Part shown: piece after piece, positions 60,514-64,000 of the stretch
Layout of the letters: each line of letters starts with the position of its first letter
Position numbering within the stretch: position 1 is the first letter of the stretch
Assembly (NCBI GenBank): GCA_963802945.1
Contig: CAWDKY010000015.1
Coordinates: 224,001-288,000 of the forward strand
DNA from: an uncultured delta proteobacterium
Lineage (GTDB): Bacteria > Desulfobacterota > RBG-13-43-22
DNA: 64,000 nucleotides
Reading direction: 5' to 3'
Translations under genes and position numbers: made by a program
Notes under the pieces: model-generated
Databases searched by the model: none
What the model was told of the DNA's origin: nothing
The model's input: only the letters and a program-made list of their open reading frames with translations

Positions 60514-61546
60514 TCAAGATCCTTCAAACAGACTTCCTTGGAATTCCTGGGGGACTTTTTTCCCAAAATGACCATAGGCCAAAGGGGTAGCCACCCTCCC
60601 CCTGGAGGTACGATTCAGGAATCCGCATTGAATCAAAAAAGGCTCATAGACATCCTCCAAGGTGTCTCTTTCCTCGCCCAAGGCCACGGAGAGAGCCTCG
60701 ACTCCTACCGGGCCTCCATTAAATTTTTCGATGATAGTCAGTAAAATTTTTCGGTCCATCTTGTCCAAACCCAATTGGTCCACTTCCAGCATCCTTAAGG
60801 CCTCCTGAGCAACTTTCAAGGTGATACAGCCGTTGGCCTTGACTTGGGCAAAATCCCTGACCCGCTTGAGGATCCGATTAGCCACCCGTGGGGTTCCCCT
60901 GGAGCGCTTGGCAATCTCCAAAATTCCACCCTCTTCTACCGGGATATCCAGAATCTCCGCCGACCGGAAGAGGATAATCTTTAACTCTTCTGCAGAGTAA
61001 AAATCAACCCTCAGGACCACCCCAAACCGGTCCCGCAATGGTGGGGTGAGCAGACCAGCCCGGGTCGTAGCCCCTATCAGAGTGAATTTGGGCAGATCCA
61101 ACTTGATGGAGCGGGCACTGGGCCCCTGTCCGATCATGATATCCAACTGAAAGTCTTCCATGGCTGGATAGAGGATTTCTTCCACGACATGATTTAGACG
61201 ATGGATTTCATCAATAAACAGACAATCATTATGAGATGAAATTGGTCAACAGGGCTGCCAAGTCCCCAGGTCTCTCGACCACCGGACCTGAAGTGCCCTT
61301 TAGGTTGACATTCAGCTCATGGGCAATAATATTAGCCAGAGTGGTCTTGCCCAGTCCTGGGAATCCGTAGAGAAGCACATGATCCAAGGCCTCTCCCCGT
61401 TCCAGGGTCGCCTGGATAAAGACCTTCAGATTGTTCTTGACCTCTTCCTGGCCGACAAATTCAGAAAGACCTTTAGGTCTCAGACCGACTTCCAAACGCC
61501 TTTCTTCTTCGGTAAGTTCAGGATTGATAATTCGTTCTGGCTTCAT
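60514..61546 (-). CDS. ruvB: Holliday junction helicase RuvB, one +1 frameshift near 61238
   Basis: GFPGLGKTT, then LFIDEIHRL and GATTRAG..PLRDRFG in the next frame. Confidence 0.92.
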
Positions 61547-62145
61547 CTCGACAATGACTTTAAGGCCTTTCGAAGGAGATCTTCAAGAGAAATCGGTCCA
61601 TCGGTTTCATTTTTTATCCGATCCAAGGTCTTCTCGGCAACGGCTCTGGGATATCCCAGGTTTACTAAGGCCGAAACAGCATCCTCGAACGGTATTCCTT
61701 CTTCAACTCCCCGGACCAAAGACGGCAAGGGGCCGGAACTCATTTTCTTGATCTTGTCTTTTAATTCCAAAACAATCCGTTCAGCGGTTTTCCTGCCCAC
61801 CCCTGGAATTCTTTGAATCCGACCACTGTCTTCCGTCAGCAGGGCCTGGCAGAATTCCTGGACAGAAATACCGGAAAGGATGTTCAAGGCCACCTTGGGG
61901 CCGATGCCGGAGACCCCAATAAGCAGCAGGAAAATCTCCTTTTCTTTAGGGGTCATAAAACCAAAGAGTTGAAAGGTATCCTGGCGGACATGGGTGTAAA
62001 TATGAAGCTGGACTGCTTGCTCTACGGAAGGCAGGTCATAAAAAGAAGAGAGAGGAACCGCCACCTGATAGCCGATCCCCTGGGCTAAGACGATGATCCC
62101 TTCAGGTGATTTGGATAATAGGCGGCCTTCGAGAAAAGCGATCAT
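61543..62145 (-). CDS. ruvA: Holliday junction branch migration protein RuvA
   Basis: [25 protein letters not shown] and SALVNLGY motifs. Confidence 0.95.
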   Translation of the reverse strand: MIAFLEGRLLSKSPEGIIVLAQGIGYQVAVPLSSFYDLPSVEQAVQLHIYTHVRQDTFQLFGFMTPKEKEIFLLLIGVSGIGPKVALNILSGISVQEFCQALLTEDSGRIQRIPGVGRKTAERIVLELKDKIKKMSSGPLPSLVRGVEEGIPFEDAVSALVNLGYPRAVAEKTLDRIKNETDGPISLEDLLRKALKSLSR

Positions 62146-62160
62146 CCTTGTTCCTTACCA

Positions 62161-62314
62161 GGTTGATGAAAAATGCCCGTCAGTTCCGCATTTCGCGGGA
62201 TTGTGCTGCACCCTTCCCCGGCCTTAATCGGAGCAGGCTTATTGCAGCGAACTTTTATGTACACTTCATTCCTCAGGATTTGCACGCCTTGTATCTGGTC
62301 ATTTTTGATCAACC
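62161..62314. mobile_element. MITE (family A) between ruvC and ruvA
   Basis: TIR GGTTGATGAAAAATG / CATTTTTGATCAACC; core TCATTCCTCAGGATTTGCACGCCTTGTATCTGG. Confidence 0.75.
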
Positions 62315-62320
62315 CATACT

Positions 62321-62833
62321 TCAAGACTTTTTCATTATTCGGTTAGCAGGATAAAACCAATTTAAATGACAAATTCCCGCGGCTAAGGCATCGGAAACAT
62401 CTTGATTTTGGATGGATGGGATCCCCAACAAGACCTTGACCATCTCCTGGACTTGCTTTTTCTCGGCCCGCCCGTATCCGGTGACCGCCTGTTTGATCTC
62501 CAGGGGGCTGTATTCAAAAATCTCCAACCCCGACTCTATCGCACTTAGCAGAACCACACCGCGAACATGGCCCAGGGTCAGGGCGCTCTGGACGTTCTTG
62601 GCAAAAAAGACCTTTTCTACCGCCAGATCGGTGGGCCGGTATTCTTCAATGACCTGTTTCAGGGTTTGATGCAAAAGCTTGAGCCGCAAAGAAAGTGAAG
62701 GGGAAGGGGTCAGGCGGACAAAACCGCTGTGTATATGACTGATCCTTGCCCCGTTTTTCTCTAAAATCCCAAATCCAGTTATTTGAGACCCCGGATCAAT
62801 CCCCAGGGTGCGGCCGGGCTGCCGATAGGCCAT
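62321..62833 (-). CDS. ruvC: Holliday junction resolvase RuvC
   Basis: LGIDPG, AVEKVF, GYGRAEK and DALA motifs. Confidence 0.95.
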   Translation of the reverse strand: MAYRQPGRTLGIDPGSQITGFGILEKNGARISHIHSGFVRLTPSPSLSLRLKLLHQTLKQVIEEYRPTDLAVEKVFFAKNVQSALTLGHVRGVVLLSAIESGLEIFEYSPLEIKQAVTGYGRAEKKQVQEMVKVLLGIPSIQNQDVSDALAAGICHLNWFYPANRIMKKS

Positions 62834-62836
62834 TCC

Positions 62837-63583
62837 TTAACCCAGGGCCTCCATGACCTTATCCGGGATGTCGAAGTTGGCATAGACGTTCTGGACATCC
62901 TCATTTTCCTCCAGGGCTTCCATCATGCGGAGCATTTGCTCAGCGTTTTTTCCTTCGAGGGTAACCGTATTTTTCGGAAGCATGGTCAATTCCGCCACCT
63001 GCGGGATCCATTTTTTTTCCTCCAGGGCGGCCCGGATCTTTTCCAGGTTTTCCAGAGAGGTAATCACCTCCCATTCGTTTTCCTGTTCCCTAATATCATC
63101 TACGCCAGCCTCCAATCCCCACTCCATCAAGGCCCCTTCATCGATTTTGTTCTTTTCAAAGACAAGATACCCCTTCTTTTCAAACATCCAGGCCACACAT
63201 CCGGTCTCCCCCATGCTGCCCCCGTTCTTGGTAAAGATATGCCGGATGTCGGCGACGGTCCGATTTTTATTGTCAGTCAACACCTGGGCCAATATAGCCA
63301 CACCTCCCGGACCGTAACCTTCGTAAAAAATCTCTTCATAGGCTGCCCCATCCTGCCCCCCGGTCCCTTTTTTAATGGCCCGGTCAATATTATCCTTGGG
63401 CATGTTTTCACTCTTGGCCAGGGCAATCGCTGCCCGCAACCTTGGATTTCCCTCCGGGTCTCCTCCACCTGTTCGAGCAGCCACAGTAATCTCTTTGATG
63501 ACTTTTGAGAAGATCTTCCCCCGTTTGGCATCGGCTGCGCCTTTTTTTCGTTTTATGGTACTCCACTTGGAATGCCCGGACAT
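62837..63583 (-). CDS. yebC: YebC/PmpR family protein
   Basis: [15 protein letters not shown] and TDNKNRT motifs. Confidence 0.95.
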   Translation of the reverse strand: MSGHSKWSTIKRKKGAADAKRGKIFSKVIKEITVAARTGGGDPEGNPRLRAAIALAKSENMPKDNIDRAIKKGTGGQDGAAYEEIFYEGYGPGGVAILAQVLTDNKNRTVADIRHIFTKNGGSMGETGCVAWMFEKKGYLVFEKNKIDEGALMEWGLEAGVDDIREQENEWEVITSLENLEKIRAALEEKKWIPQVAELTMLPKNTVTLEGKNAEQMLRMMEALEENEDVQNVYANFDIPDKVMEALG

Positions 63584-63697
63584 ACCTTCCTCCTTATATC
63601 TTTTGTTAATCCCGTATTAAGCCTCAGGCCCGTCTGGTCTCGTCAAAATAAAAACTAATCAAAGGATTCAATCCCGCCAGAAGCGGGACTAGAATCC

Positions 63698-64000
63698 TCA
63701 AACCCTATTTTTTTTAAACCCTTGACCGACCAGATAGATCTCAGAGCTTTCCCGGCGCGAGCTTCCGGGTTTATGAATATGTACCTGCTTAAAACGACCA
63801 TTCATTTTTTTTATAAAATCCTTAGTCCCTTCCCCATCGAAAATCTTCAAGACCACAGCCCCTTCTTTTTTTAGAATAAGAAAAACGAGTTCAAGGGCCC
63901 TGAGATTTAAATCCAGAGAGCGCTGGTGATCCAGCCATTTTATACCGCTTGTTTTGGGGGAGAGGTCGCTTAAAACCAGTTCCACCTGACCGGCCCATTC
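63698..64000 (-). CDS. rlmE: 23S rRNA methyltransferase RlmE (3' part)
   Basis: VLSDLSP.TSG, KIFDG and KPGSSRRESSEIY motifs. Confidence 0.85.
   Translation of the reverse strand, partial: EWAGQVELVLSDLSPKTSGIKWLDHQRSLDLNLRALELVFLILKKEGAVVLKIFDGEGTKDFIKKMNGRFKQVHIHKPGSSRRESSEIYLVGQGFKKNRV

Noticed and set aside
61229-61245. Programmed frameshift in ruvB
   Set aside because: No slippery heptamer; a single inserted base explains it
62142-62354. 60-aa and 82-aa ORFs between ruvC and ruvA
   Set aside because: Both coincide with the MITE at 62161-62314

Overview
Chromosomal window from an anaerobic deltaproteobacterium-like organism (Desulfobacterota-type gene content, inferred). Mostly housekeeping genes: wzm/wzt surface-glycan export with a methyltransferase, dksA-moaC-rpoZ, comM, PBP1A, a divergent tatC, pgi, rarA, a stand-alone fusA, serA, cca, hemL, pgk, gmd/per, ldcA, a short purH, ruvCAB, yebC and rlmE. 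Three features stand out. (1) An operon joins a four-subunit 2-oxoacid:ferredoxin oxidoreductase to HdrA-MvhD/HdrC/HdrB. (2) Right after it is a HesB-like selenoprotein gene missed by the ORF track (in-frame TGA plus a SECIS-like hairpin). (3) An AT-rich island (XRE-cupin regulator, ornithine decarboxylase, homospermidine synthase) abuts a truncated, decayed deoxyhypusine-synthase-like gene, suggesting in-place pathway replacement. Intergenic space is dense with MITE-like elements, REP-like palindromes and degenerate 7-8-mer inverted arrays. Several genes carry single-base frameshifts that may be assembly errors. No rRNA, tRNA or CRISPR array was recognised. All family assignments come from motif recognition, not database searches.
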